Below, piece by piece: positions 28,439 to 41,824 of a stretch of 64,000 nucleotides of DNA. Origin of the DNA: Octopus sinensis (taxonomy: Eukaryota); the NCBI RefSeq assembly GCF_006345805.1, contig NC_043005.1, positions 68,696,001 to 68,760,000 on the forward strand, written 5' to 3'. The translations under genes were made by a program, and so were the position numbers. How positions within the stretch are numbered: position 1 is the stretch's first letter; every line of letters begins with the position of its first letter. The notes under the pieces were generated by a model, which worked only from the letters and a program-made list of their open reading frames with translations, ran no database searches and was not told where the DNA came from.

Positions 28439-30359
28439 GGTTAATATAGGGCGTAACAAATATCAGAAAATCAAAAAAAAATGTGTGTAATAGGTGTAAA
28501 ACAACTTCCTATGAACGAATATGAAAAAAAAATTCGCGCACGCGAAAGGGGGGTGGGGGAGAGGCCTCGGAAAATTCACATCGGGAAGTTCCGAAAGCGT
28601 CTGAGGGGCTGACCCGGGCACCAAAACAAAAAAAAAAATAGTGTAATATGTGTAAAACAACTTGCTCTAAACGAATATGACAAAAAAAATGCGCTCTCGC
28701 GAAAGAGGGGTGGGGGAGAGGCCTCGGAATATTTATATCGGGAATTTCCGAAAGCGTCTGAACCGGGCACAAAAACAAAAACAAAAACAGCGTAATAGGT
28801 GTAAAACAACTTGCTCTAAACGACTATCATGAAAAAAATGCGCGCTCGCGAAAGGGGGGGTGGGGGAGAGGCTTCGGAAATTTCACATCTTCAGTCCACG
28901 GCCTTTAAACTAAGAAAAAATAGTGCAATTGGTGTAAAACTACTTGTTCTAAACGAGTATCAAGAACACACACTCACACATGAATCATAGACTCCGTATT
29001 TCGCAAAAAAAAAAAATAAAGAGAAGAAATTCTGGAAAAAGTGAAGAAATGTTGGATCTCCGCCATGTGAATCAAAATACGTGTCAGAAACATCTTGAAA
29101 TACTACAGAAATTATGTTACGAAAATGATAATGTATACATACCTCTTTGAGTGGTCCATCGATAATGATGATAAAGAAATGAGTTGGATTTGAACTCAGA
29201 ATATTGACTAACACAACTACATACTACAAGACTCAAAATATTCAGCCAAGTCACCACCCTTTAACTAGCAATAATAATAACATCAATAACATAACAGCCA
29301 AAAGATTTATTTGTTCTGAAAATAACAATCATAGTAAATAAATATGTTCTTTAATATTCACATTCATGTGCACAGTTAAACACACTTACATACAGTCACG
29401 CATGCATAATACAGAACGGAACACATAAATGAAGGATGCATTACTTAGTATATATTACATCTAGAGAATTTTGATTAATAAGTCAAATATGCAAATTATA
29501 AAGATAATTGCTTTACTAAACAGTGTTGTAAAGGTGAAAAAATAAATTTGGGAAAAAAATACACGCCAAAACTAATTAATAAAGGATAATTAGGGAAGGA
29601 TTGACACAAAATAATAATTTTTTCTGTCTCTTTTTTTCTGATAAATGCATCTTAATAAGTGAAAAGAATTGCATATATCTGAACTATTTCAGAGAAAAGC
29701 ATAAATTTAATGTTTAAAATAGCTTTAACCAAGGAATGAGATCCAACATTTCTTCACTTTTTCCAGAATTTCTTCTCTTTATTATTTTTTTTTTTGCGAA
29801 ATACGGAGTTTATGATTCATGTGTGAGTGTGTGTTCTTGATACTCGTTTAGAACAAGTAGTTTTACACCAATTACACTATTTTTTCTTAGTTTAAAGGCC
29901 GTGGACTGAAGATATGAAATTTCCGAAGCCTCTCCCCCACCCCCCTTTCGCGAGCGCGAATTTTTTTCATGATAGTCGTTTAGAGCAAGTTGTTTTACAC
30001 CTATTACGCTGTTTTTGTTTTTGTTTTTGTGCCCGGTTCAGACGCTTTCGGAAATTCCCGATATAAATATTCCGAGGCCTCTCCCCCACCCCTCTTTCGC
30101 GAGAGCGCATTTTTTTTTTCATATTCGTTTAGAGCAAGTTGTTGTACACATATTACACTATTTTTGTTTGTTTTGGTGCCCGGGTCAGCCCCTCAGACGC
30201 TTTCGGAACTTCCCGATGTGAATTTTCCGAGGCCTCTCCCCCACCCCCCTTTCGCGTGCGCGAATTTTTTTTTCATATTCGTTCATAGGAAGTTGTTTTA
30301 CACCTATTACACACATTTTTTTTTTGATTTTCTGATATTTGTTACGCCCTATATTAACC
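28439..30359. mobile_element. Fold-back structure: 622-bp near-identical inverted arms (28439-29060 and 29738-30359) around a 677-bp spacer
   Basis: Arms are reverse complements with only a few substitutions; each has about four subrepeats spaced 133-156 bp. Confidence 0.9.
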
Positions 30360-30948
30360 GCCATTTCTACAGAAATTATTATTTTATATTTTGCTTTGGA
30401 AATATTTTTTCTTTTATATGTTTGAAATATTGGCGATGAAGATTCTGCCAGTAGCGGAGGACGAGAGAAGTGCTTTCAAAGGAATTGCTAATTATACAGC
30501 AATCTTACTTTATTAGAACAAAACAATGTTGTTTTGCAGGGTATTTGAATGCAGGTATATATGCATGAATATATGTATTTATGGGCCAGCGTTATGTATA
30601 AACATACATTCGGGTCTGACGAGACGATGCAAAGCTAAGCGTTTTACAGATGCGACGCCCGTATTAACCCCATAGAGCGTCCATAGCTATTTTTATATAT
30701 ACGTAAATGTCGAACGATGAAATGAGTGCTCAACACCACATTGGTCGATATATAATTTCTCTATTTGTTAATTAAGGTTACCATTGGTCTCATGTTAAGA
30801 AAAGTAGGAAAATATCCTAGAGTATTAATATATTATGAAGCCAATCACATGCGTATGTGTTCGTTTACTACGACATAAGTATGTTACTAAAAACTGAAAA
30901 TTCAGAGAGAGAGGGAGACAGAAAGAAAGATAGATAAATAACGAAAGT

Positions 30949-30986
<38 letters not shown>

Positions 30987-32128
30987 GAAAGAAAGAAAGA
31001 GAGAGTGATAAACAATAATTCATTGAGACCAGCGACTTTGATTACTTTCGATGGCTTAATAGCTCTCTGGTTAGGTTGAATTTGCCATTCGTTTTATCGT
31101 TATAAACCATCTTTGAAGAATTTTTGGCCGAATTGTTTGGTAGGGAAAACTTGCATAGTCCTTTTAAGATGGTCACTTCTGCTCAAGTAAGTCACCAAGT
31201 GCTGATACTTTCGAGCCAGATTTGCTTAATCTTCCATATCTTTTCTGCAGACACTTTTTCTTTTTATGTAAATGTATTAGGCCGTAGCTCGAGAATGTGA
31301 GAATCTGAGTGCAGAAGTTTAAATCTTAGCCAAGTTATCGCTACCCTACACGGTAAAGGTACAGTAAAGTCACAAGCGTTGTGCTCTGATTAAATTCAAA
31401 TAAAATTGTAATTCTCTTAATATGTGAACTCCTGGAAATAATTAGTAATCAGTAACTTATAGTATGTCACTTATTAGTGTGGTAAAATACCCTGGTATGG
31501 GATTTAGAAAGAAAGGAATTACGTGGCATCACAAATTCAAATCAAAGTATCCAGAATGAGATATGCTCCGTCAGAAGCACTTTTGACAATTTTGGAGTGT
31601 GTAAGTTGTAGAGTCCACTATGGACTATGAACTATGATGCTTCGTGAGACGAGAATTATTTTCATTGATTCAGTGTAGCAGATCTGGTGACTGGGATAAA
31701 ATATGTTTAAATGGGATAATTAAGCTATGCTCAATTAGTAAATTGGAACCACCCGCTACAGATATAGAAATATTGTAGATTCCACTGATTTATATAATTC
31801 AACTGCCGATCGTTGGAATTTTTGTCGTTGGTTTCGCATGCAACTATTTCAGTTCAAATTAGTCAACACTATAATGCTCCCAAATTAAAGTCAAACGAAA
31901 TATCTATTTTATATATATATATTATCCGCTCTCATTCTCGCTGAATATATTTGGGAATAATGAGAGTACGTATGCATCTGACTGCATCAAAAGATGCATC
32001 GGGAACTATCAACGAAAAGATAGCAACAATTATTAGGTAAAGGACTGCGAAGCTAAAGTTTTTTCCTTCAAAAACCAAACTCATTTTCAGAAAAAAAGTT
32101 ATTAAATATTTATCCTTACCTTATTTAG

Positions 32129-32155
32129 CTGCATAGGACATTTGAAAATATCACG
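32129..32155 (+). CDS. Weak candidate micro-exon (LHRTFENIT or CIGHLKIS)
   Basis: Acceptor ttatccttaccttatttag, donor ACG/gtatta, 27 nt. Confidence 0.2.
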
Positions 32156-33337
32156 GTATTACTAATTTTAAGTCCTGCAGCTTATAGTTCACATAAGTCA
32201 TACATATATTTCCATTTAAATAATTCCTGTGGTATTCAATAATTAAAAAACTTATATTTGTAAGAGTTTCATTCTTCGATGAAAACTCTTTTCTCCATCG
32301 AGAAGCGTAGAAACAGAATGAAATTCCAGAAACAGGATTACGTTCTATTTGGATGATCATAGATATAAATCGCTCTTATGGAATTCGTTCAGTGTGAATT
32401 AAATATACACAGCGGGTTAACTAAGTTCCTATTTGTACTTTGACTAAATTCCCAGTTGTTTGACAAAGAAAACATTTGTTTAGCTCCACAATTAAGTGCA
32501 ATACTACACAATTTAAACAAATATTTTTTGTATCTGAAATACAAGTGATATAACGATCACAGGATGAACAGAAATATTGTTGGAAAAATAGATGGCTACG
32601 TTTGTGATTGTCGAAAATTCGCAGTCGAAAAATTCAGGAAGTTAACTTATTTAACTCGCAAATGATATAAGTAATCTCTTCTTGCATACATGCAGTGAGA
32701 CATATCTTGCTAACAACCTTCGACATTTGAAATAGCAATTGTTTCACCAAGTAAAACCAAGTTTTAATTTAGTCAAACTTTAAGCTCATACAAATAATTA
32801 TAGTCATTTCTCCCTTTAAGATAGACCAGCAACGTTGTACCTACGACTATTAATATCATCCGAATAAATACACATTAAATTCAAATTTAAGTATTGCGTA
32901 TTTGTCCTTTTAATTGTTATAAATAACGTCTGTTTTATAATTAGTTATATAATTAGTTTACTATTAAGCAAATTAGAGTATTGATTAATTAATCGGTTCA
33001 TCAAAATTCCTTCGTTATTGAATGTAAAATTATCACCAACAATGTACCAGTATTACAGCTTCTACATAATATGGCAGGCATTTAATTTTTTTTTTTCTTT
33101 TTTGCGAATCTTCGGTTTGTAACTGCAAGCTAATGTGAATAAGGTATGCATCATAATACTGAAACGGTATAATAGACGCATATCATCATCGATAGTGTCG
33201 AAAACAATGTCAAAAGAACACTGGGCGAATCAATTCCTAAGGTAATTTAGTATTGAAACTGTGTGCGCGTATTATTGACAGCTGAGCACTCACAAAATAC
33301 AATGATATTCGATTCAATGGAAGCACACACATTTTTA

Positions 33338-33384
<47 letters not shown>

Positions 33385-33709
33385 ATATATATATAGATAT
33401 ATAAATGTGTCTTCTTGCGTATCTATATGTGGAGACTCGTATATATATTTATGTGCGTATGTATATTATAGACATTGTTATAGGGATTTGATCTGTAGTT
33501 TTTAAGTAGTTCAACTCCTGGTTATAGCAGTTGCATAACAACAATACAGAAACCAGACGTTTATGTAAATCAACGTGAAAATATAAACATAATAGTAAGA
33601 GTCGTACACCTATTTGTGCACACAGTTTCTCTTACACACACACAGATATATATATATACCTATAGGCATATATATATGTGTATATATACATAGTTATACA
33701 CACACACAC

Positions 33710-33763
<54 letters not shown>

Positions 33764-34176
33764 TATATATACATACATATATATATATATATATTGCTTG
33801 CATACACACATTATTTGAGTTGAGTCAGCTTCTTGCTAATCTGATTATCACCTGTAGGCACATAGGATGATAAGTTATTACTGGAAAATTAATGGTGGGT
33901 AGGGGTTAACGTTTATATGTAGTTATATGTAGTTATACCCTTCTAGGCATCAGACGTGATGGTCGGAAGAAAGTATGACAAGAGGATGGAGAGGAAAATA
34001 GCGGGAAAGAAAGAAAGAGGGAAAGGGAAAGAAAACGAAAAGAAAAATAAGGAGAGAAGAAGAAAAGAAAAGAACAGTGAAAAGATAGAAACGAGAGCAA
34101 ATGATATACAAGGAGTAGTGGAAAGGAGACGACAATGATAAATTTAATTATGGAAGAGAAGAGAGAAGATTAAACA

Positions 34177-34264
<88 letters not shown>

Positions 34265-34282
34265 CATATATATATACACATA

Positions 34283-34468
34283 CTGGTATCCCTTCGGTAA
34301 AAACCGCGATGATTCCAGTTGATCTGATTCGATGAACGTAGCAACATGCTCGCGAAATTAACGTGCAAGTGGCAGAGTACTCCTGAACCAGGACATGGCT
34401 AACATTGTTCTCAAAGTAAATCAGCGTGACACAGAAAGTAACATGGCCGGTCCCCTGAAATACAGGTA
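34283..34468 (-). mobile_element. 3' part of a SINE
   Basis: Minus strand tacctgtatttcagggg...gcacgttaatttcgcgagc...gatcaactggaatc. Confidence 0.65.
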
Positions 34469-34609
34469 TATATATGTACATTATATGCATGTAAGAAGCT
34501 GGTACTGTTTCCTTCAAGCATACACAGAAATATATATTTCAAAGTAAAATAACCTTCTTGTGATACACATATATATATTATCAGTATGTGTGTACATATG
34601 TATATATAT

Positions 34610-35301
34610 GTTAGTTAGATAGTTAGTTAATTTGGCTCAAAAGCAAATAGCAAGGCCATGTAGGGGGGCATGGAGTTAAGTACAGGGTGGTGTTCATGTA
34701 AAGAGTTCAGGCCACTTCAGGTCCAGGGAGGCTTTGAACAAAGCGGTCGTCGGCATCTTCACCATCTCGTCTGGCAGCTTGTTCCACGGATCCGCAACCC
34801 GGACGGAGAAAGCTCCTCTCCTTCGATTGAGATGAAATCGTCGCAGGTAGAGCTTTTCGGAATGACCCCGCAGCCGACGCTCCGGAGCAGGAGTGAAGAA
34901 CAGCTCTTTCGAGAGGTTACACTTCCCGCTATGATGTTGTGGGCGAGAATGAGATCACCACGGCGGCGGCGTTTTTCAAGAGAATAAAGGTCGAGCGTCC
35001 TCAGCCTTTCTTCGTAGGACAAATTTTTGAGACCATGAACCATGCGGGTAGCCAGCCTCTGGACTCTTTCGAGGTGCTGTATGTCTTTGAGGAGATAAGG
35101 AGAAGAGGCTTGAATCCCATACTCCAATATGGGTCTCACCAGCGTGACATAGAGTGGCAGGAATATGGCTGCTGTGAGCATTCCGAATGACCGTCGAATT
35201 AAAAACAGAATTCCGCGCGCTTTGTTGGCAGCATGGACGCACTGGGCCGAAGGCGAAAAGGAGGAATCCACCAAGATACCCAGGTCCTTTACCTGATCGG
35301 T
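34610..35301 (-). mobile_element. Young 5'-truncated CR1-clade LINE (RT C-terminus, 3' UTR, (CTAA)n tail)
   Basis: ORF 34759-35274 contains LVRPILEY...LERVQRLATRMVHGLKNLSYEERL...RRRRGDLI; one frameshift, then GKCNLSKELFF...PWNKLP. Confidence 0.95.
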
Positions 35302-35307
35302 GTATAT

Positions 35308-35381
<74 letters not shown>

Positions 35382-35400
35382 TTATTTATATATATATATA

Positions 35401-35686
35401 TTCTTCATTTATTTGTTTCAGTCATGTGACTGCGTCTATGCTGGAGGACTACCTTCAGTCGAACAAATCCACCCCAGAACTTATTCTTTATATGGCTAGT
35501 ACTAACTCTATCGTGTCTTTTGCCGAACCGCTGGTTGCGAGGACGTAAACAATCCAACATCGGTTGTCAATCGGTGGAGGGGGGACAAACACCAACTCAG
35601 AAATAATACATACATATGCATATAGTACGGGCCTCTTTCATTTTCCCTCTACAGAATCCACTCTCAAGGTTCTGGTCGCCCCGACC
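35401..35686 (-). mobile_element. SINE family B, 5'-truncated
   Basis: ttcagtcatgtgactgc...ttttgccgaaccgct...ggacgtaaac, as at 41825 and 45691. Confidence 0.85.
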
Positions 35687-36544
35687 AAAACCTTGAGATT
35701 GTATATTATGTTTGCATGCAGGTCATAATTATGTGGAGAAATTTATGGAGGTGTAAAGGACTATTGGACAGAATAGATGAAGTCTAAACCGTCAGTAATG
35801 TTCCCGTTGCCAAAGGAGATCATACATTTTCATTGAAATATCTCCCAGTGTAGAGGTGAATTTTAAAAACAAAGTAAACATTCATGAATGTCAATAGTTT
35901 GTAAGTCTCATAAATCATCTGATCATTCGGAATGCCTTACAGACTTCATTTTAAAGCATTTCATCATGGATGAACCAGCTTTGGGGAGTTCATAATTTCT
36001 GAAATGATAAATACCTGTCAGTAACCATTTGTAAATAATGCCATTTATTGAAATAAGAATACTGACAAGAAATCTGTCTTGGACGTCATTCACGTAATAA
36101 TTAATTATTCGAGTAAATGAAAGCGTATTTAATGAGAAAACTAAACAAAATTCTAAATTATATACACACATGGTGTAGAACAAAAAAAAACAATAAACAA
36201 ATTTGGTCGACGACTAATATGTTGTTTATTATTGAAAATTCTCGGCGTTCTTCTCTGTTGTGTCATTCAATTTAATCTAATATTACATTACATAATTTGT
36301 TTCCTTTGCTGATTATTTCACTGGTGCTAAGAAGTATGAAAGAGTCCTGTTTGTTATTCTAACTTGATATTGTTAAGATTTTGATTAATCATTTCTTCAC
36401 TTTATTAAATTCAACATCTATGTATCGTATTTGATCAATTGTCATTCTATAACTTATATTTAAATTAGCGATGGGGCAAGAGAAAACAATTCTCATTATG
36501 CTATTTAGTCTATCTTACATTTCCCGTTGTGTTTCAAGCAACAA

Positions 36545-36858
36545 ATAAAGTATTGATTTGAAATTTTGGCACAAGGCCAGCAACTTCGAGTGATGGGGAA
36601 TGTCGGTTACATCAACCCTAGTGCTCAAATGGTACTTATTTTATCGAGCCGGATAGGATGAAAGGTAAAGCTGACCTCAGCGGAATTTGAGCAGCAACTA
36701 AAATACTGGTTTCAAGCTTTGGCACAAGATCAGCTGTTTCAGAGAGAGGGAAATTGATTATATCGAATCTAAAGCTCAACTGGTACTTATTTTATCGGCT
36801 CCAAGAGGGAGAAAGGCAAATTCGACCTCGGTTGAAGTTGGGCAACAACTAAAATAAC
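36545..36858 (-). mobile_element. Two tandem 5'-truncated family A SINE bodies
   Basis: ggtacttattttatcg...aaagg.aaa...gacctc occurs twice, period about 160 bp. Confidence 0.8.
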
Positions 36859-38319
36859 AAAACGTTTAGTCGATGTTGGCAAAAATTCCCATGTAGGAGA
36901 ATATATTGAAGAGTTCAGTGAGATGAGTTGCGGTGAAGAACTGAAATAAGTATCATTCCATTATTCACAAAATTAATAAAAAAAAATTAATAAAAGGATG
37001 AAAAAGAATGTGTTGGCGTACATAAAGGGCCTTTACTATTGGGAGATAGTATGAGTAATGTATAAACCGTATGATGGAGACTGAATTAAAAAAGAAAGTG
37101 ACAGAACCTGTAAGAAAAGTTTGTGAGTGGTTAGTTAAATTGAAAAGAATATCAGCCGGGCAAGTATGAAGTGAAGTTTGAGATAAGTGAAAATGGAAGC
37201 CATTGGCATGAGATGGACAAAGGATTCATACAAGATAATAGTGACGTTCAGCAAACAAAATTGGAAGAGGAAGGAGATTTAAAGGAAATGGTAGAGAATC
37301 ATGCAGAGACTGCTAAGATTGGTCGCGAATAAAAGGCTGATAAGCAGTTAAGATACATGGACATTAAAATGACAAATTAACTGCTTTGTAAATAGAATGT
37401 CAGAAATTTACATTAGTTTCTGTAAGGTGATTTAATAGTGGTGAGTATAATAAATGAAACATTGAACATGCAAACAGCATAACAGTCACATGCGCAGGTG
37501 TACACACTACCTGTGTCTTTCAGTATCTTTGTGTGTGTTTGTATGTGTGTGTGTAGACACAAAAATACTACTTAAAATCTGATATAAGAACGAAATTTAG
37601 TTTTCTGTTTTGAAAGCGTTACATGAAACGATGTTGATTGTGATTACTGGCCTTGTTAGAATCCAAATGTTGCAGAATTCTACTGATTGATAAAGACCTA
37701 AACATAACCTCAGTACTTGTTGTCTTCTTCCCGCATTTTTCCCTCTCAGCTTGTGTGTCTATTCTCCTACGTTAGAGTGTATTTTAAAATTCATCTTACA
37801 CATGCTTCTTTTGGCATTCTTATTTGCTACTCCTATCTATCGCTTGTCCAGTCAACAAGCTTTGATAATTTTCATCCCACCCTTGCTTCATTCTTTTTCT
37901 CATAATTTTTATCCCATCTTTGCTTCTTTTGCAGTTTTACTTGCTTGTCCTATCTATCACGTCTTCACTTTCATTTCATCTGCACTGGATCAAACTTGTT
38001 TCGCCAACTCTACCAACACACGCCATGACAATTCTTTATATTTTCATTTTTAAAAGATCATATGGTCGAAAAATCGAAATCTTTACTTCATCAAAGCAAA
38101 TGTTCTTTATGAATTTCCACCAACAAATTAAACATATTCATTGATTTACATGCCTTTGCGTTTTATGACAGTTAAATTATTCGTATCCAGCAAATATGCA
38201 CCAGCTTCAACAACTAAATTTCGGAGTAAATTCGTCTCAAGTATTCTTTTTCGATTATTGAAAAAAAAAAAATGCAGTGGGTTGAATGATTATTTCTGAT
38301 CATATATATCTCTTGATGG

Positions 38320-38592
38320 AGGCGCGTCGTAGGATCGAGGTTTCGATCCCCAGACCGGGCGCTGTGAGTGTTTATTGAGCAAAAACACATAAAGCTCAAC
38401 GGGGTTCCGGCAGGGGGGGCGTCCCTGCCGTACTCTTTCGCCACAACTTTCTCTCACTCTTTCTTCTGTTGGCCTGCTCGCTTAGCCAGCGGGGTGGCAT
38501 CATTTGAAGGCTAAAAGAATGTGAAGCGCATCGTGACCAGCGATGTGTAGCAACATCTGATAGCCTGGTCAGTCACGGTGATCACGGTGATA
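38320..38592 (+). mobile_element. SINE family D with (GTCACGGTGA)n-like tail
   Basis: tttcgatccccagaccgg...tgtttattgagcaaaaacac...ctctttcgccacaactttctctcactc. Confidence 0.8.
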
Positions 38593-40169
38593 TCTTTTGA
38601 TACTTTAGAAAAGTCAGAATAATTATTTCAGTAACATTAAATTATTGATAAATTTGTAGACCAAGAAATGAAAGCTTTTCAGTTTAACCCTGGAGCAATA
38701 TATACGTGAACCATTCCTTGCTAGCTTGCCGCCGAAATTTTTTGCAGACCATAACTAGCGAAAGGTATAGTTACCGGCAGATAGATAAAAAAATATTTTC
38801 TAATGATATTGATACACTCCAGCGGAAATATGAATGCAATGAAGATGACGATGACGTTAATGATAATGTTCTCGTCATCTTGTGCAGACTAAAATTTCAA
38901 CTTGGGAGCGATGATTACTAGCACACATATCCTGCACCTACCTCAATGTTCTAGGTACACTAGCAGTCACAGAACAGCAAACATTCTCATCAGTGACTTG
39001 AAAAAGGATTGTAATAACCTGATGTGTCTCACAAATACGCATTGATTGTTTGTCTCAAGTAGTTATGGCACATTTTAGCCACCTTTCTGCTTTTTTATGG
39101 ATGAAATACGATAATTTTTATAAAGATCCTCATGGATATGTTTTGCGTTCAGCTAACCGAATAGGCCATCGATCAGAAGTATACAAGTTTCCCTGCTAGA
39201 TTTTTATTTATGGCAGCTGAAGGAATTATCGAATATCATTACGGCTTTTAAATTGCCAATTTCGAACTCGACATAAGTCGGTTTAAATTTGACTCAAAAC
39301 TTGGGATTTATGTAAGTATTTAATAAACCGGCAACATATAATTGCTAAGATGATAAATTAACGGATGGTTACACCATCATCCAATATGCGTGATTAAATT
39401 TACTTCAGATAGTTTTGGCAGCTGACTTGAAATTCAGATCAGATAAACTTTGACTTCTGACGTCTATAAAATAAAAATCGATCAATTACTTTTATCAAAC
39501 AAGAATGCATCAAAAAGTCCCATATCTTGTGATAGTCATCATATAACAGGTAAAATATTTCAAGCAAAAATCAGTTATACACAAGTGGAATGTTGAAATT
39601 TATTAAAAATACTTTATATAAGTTTAGAAATTGGATGGGAAAGTAGAAACTAACCATTAGCAGCAGCTTAACAGTGAAACGGCAGCGTATTATAAATATA
39701 AATTATACCGGAAGGGGCTTAAAAATTTTGGTTTTACTCGATTATCAATAACAGAAACACTGCAGATATACTATGCCTAGACAGACATAATTCAAGTTTA
39801 TGTATGAAAGGTCATTTAGAATAGATACTACAGGAACAAATTCGGTAGACTATAATATGAAAATGTTTTCTGTAGGGTTATGAAGACTCTGTCATATGAG
39901 AAGTTTGATAGTTAAATTATAAATAATTTCTTCCGATGTTACGGTCAGTTAAATATGTGTGCAATGCTAATTATTTGAAATTTAATTGACTACACCATAA
40001 ACCGATGACTTGTGGTCGATGCCGAATATTGTTCCTGGTGGGATCAAAATAGAATGTACATCGACATCAATAAACAAATAATTGAGCAATATCGGCTATT
40101 TCCTCTTTAAGGGAGTTTGCAAAGATGCTGAGACTGAAAACGAAAAATTAGAAAATTATGTCGTATGCG

Positions 40170-40475
40170 TAACAAGTTTTGTTTTGTTCGTTCCTTTTCG
40201 AGCCATCCCTGGCCCATAAGGGCCAGTTTTCCGGTTTACTTGGCGTATAGTTTCCCCACCTGGACGGGACACCGGTCCGTCGCAGGTGAGCTGGAAGATG
40301 CAGGAGGAAAGAGTGCGAGAAAGTTGTGGCAAAAGAGTCAGCAGAAGTTCGCCATTACCTTCTACCGGAGCCGCGTGGAACTTAGGTTTTTCGCTCATAA
40401 ACAGACACATCTCCTGGTCTGAGTTTCGAACCCGCGATCCCGCGACTCTGCTCTAACCACTAAGCCATGTGCTTC
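40170..40475 (-). mobile_element. SINE with family D body and a different tail ending (AAAAC)n
   Basis: tRNA-like head gcacatggcttagtggttagagc...gggttcgaaac; body like 38320; tail cctgcgacggaccggtgtcccgtccagg...ggctcg. Confidence 0.85.
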
Positions 40476-40680
40476 CACGCGTAACAAGTTAGAACTCAGT
40501 AAAGAACGTACATTACAATTTGTAAGTTTTCCTTTTATTCGTTTCAGTTAATGAGCAAAATTATATTAGATAATCAACGTTATATATTTTCTTCCTTGTG
40601 TTTGCATTTTTTACGTAAATAAATCTAAGAGAGTCACACAGAAAGGAAAACATAAGAATAAAGAAATTACAGTTATAACC

Positions 40681-40739
40681 CCCCTCCCTCTCTCTCTCTC
40701 TCAATCTATTCATCTATCTATCTATCTATCTATCTATCC

Positions 40740-40806
<67 letters not shown>

Positions 40807-40811
40807 CATCC

Positions 40812-40905
<94 letters not shown>

Positions 40906-40920
40906 GTTTCTGTCTGTGTT

Positions 40921-40956
<36 letters not shown>

Positions 40957-40960
40957 TCTA

Positions 40961-41000
<40 letters not shown>

Positions 41001-41070
41001 CATCTATCTATCTATTTATCTATCTATCTGTCTGTCTGTCCGTTTGCCTGTCTGTCTCCTTGCCTGTCTA
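40681..41070. repeat. Compound (TC)n-(TATC)n-(TGTC)n microsatellite
   Basis: Read directly. Confidence 0.98.
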
Positions 41071-41824
41071 TCTGCCTGTCTGTTGGTCTGGTCCGTCTGT
41101 GTATTTCCACGCTTCTTTCTCACTATATATCTGTATGTACACACATTCATATATGCATATGTGTGTTATGTGTGTGTATTATGTGTGTGTGTGCGTATGC
41201 GTGTATGTGCGTGTATGCGCGTATGAACACATGCAGTAAAGTAAAAATGCCGTGGGATGTAGAAACTCCAACATCAAATGTTTCAGGCAAAATATTTCTG
41301 CAGGGAGTGACTGGTACGTCCTGTACTTGGTTAAATGACTACATCTTCTAAGGCACGTGAGGCAAAGAGAGTTTGTCGTGTAGAACTGAAGTAGTAGAAA
41401 GAACCTTCGTGATAGGAGTTGCAGGATAGACAAATGAATTGAGGAGGAAGCAAGGGTCAAATGGACGAAAAATGAAGGTGTGATGGAGTTGAAGGATAAG
41501 AAGAGAATTGTTTAACTATTCCGATGAGCAAAAGTAGAAAGTAGAAGTAAAAAACTTCAATAAAAACCGTCCAAAGCATGGTTCCAAGTTCGAATATGAG
41601 CCCCTTTTACTGTCCGTTTCTTCGAGGATGGTTATCTATGATGTGAGGAGTATCCATGGTGTGCAGGTAAAGTGTATGCCTTGTTTTGTTGAAGTGAGTA
41701 ACAGGTTCGATAAGCTAACATAGCTGTGCACTTTGAAATGGCTCTCGAAAGCGATCGACAAGGCAGTGGCTTGTATTCCCAATATAAAGCGCACCGCACC
41801 ATATTCAGGTGATACAATATATAT

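Noticed and set aside
28439-30359. CRISPR-like repeat-spacer reading of the subrepeats
   Set aside because: Long degenerate units with no unique spacers and no cas genes; eukaryotic context
28463-30439. Several ORFs in the fold-back arms
   Set aside because: Low-complexity translations of subrepeats, mirrored on both strands
30615-30650. ctgacgag motif as a hammerhead core
   Set aside because: No stem II and no downstream GAAA
40415-40475. tRNA-like sequence (also the heads at 19945 and 46058)
   Set aside because: SINE heads with A/B boxes continuing into SINE bodies; no full cloverleaf
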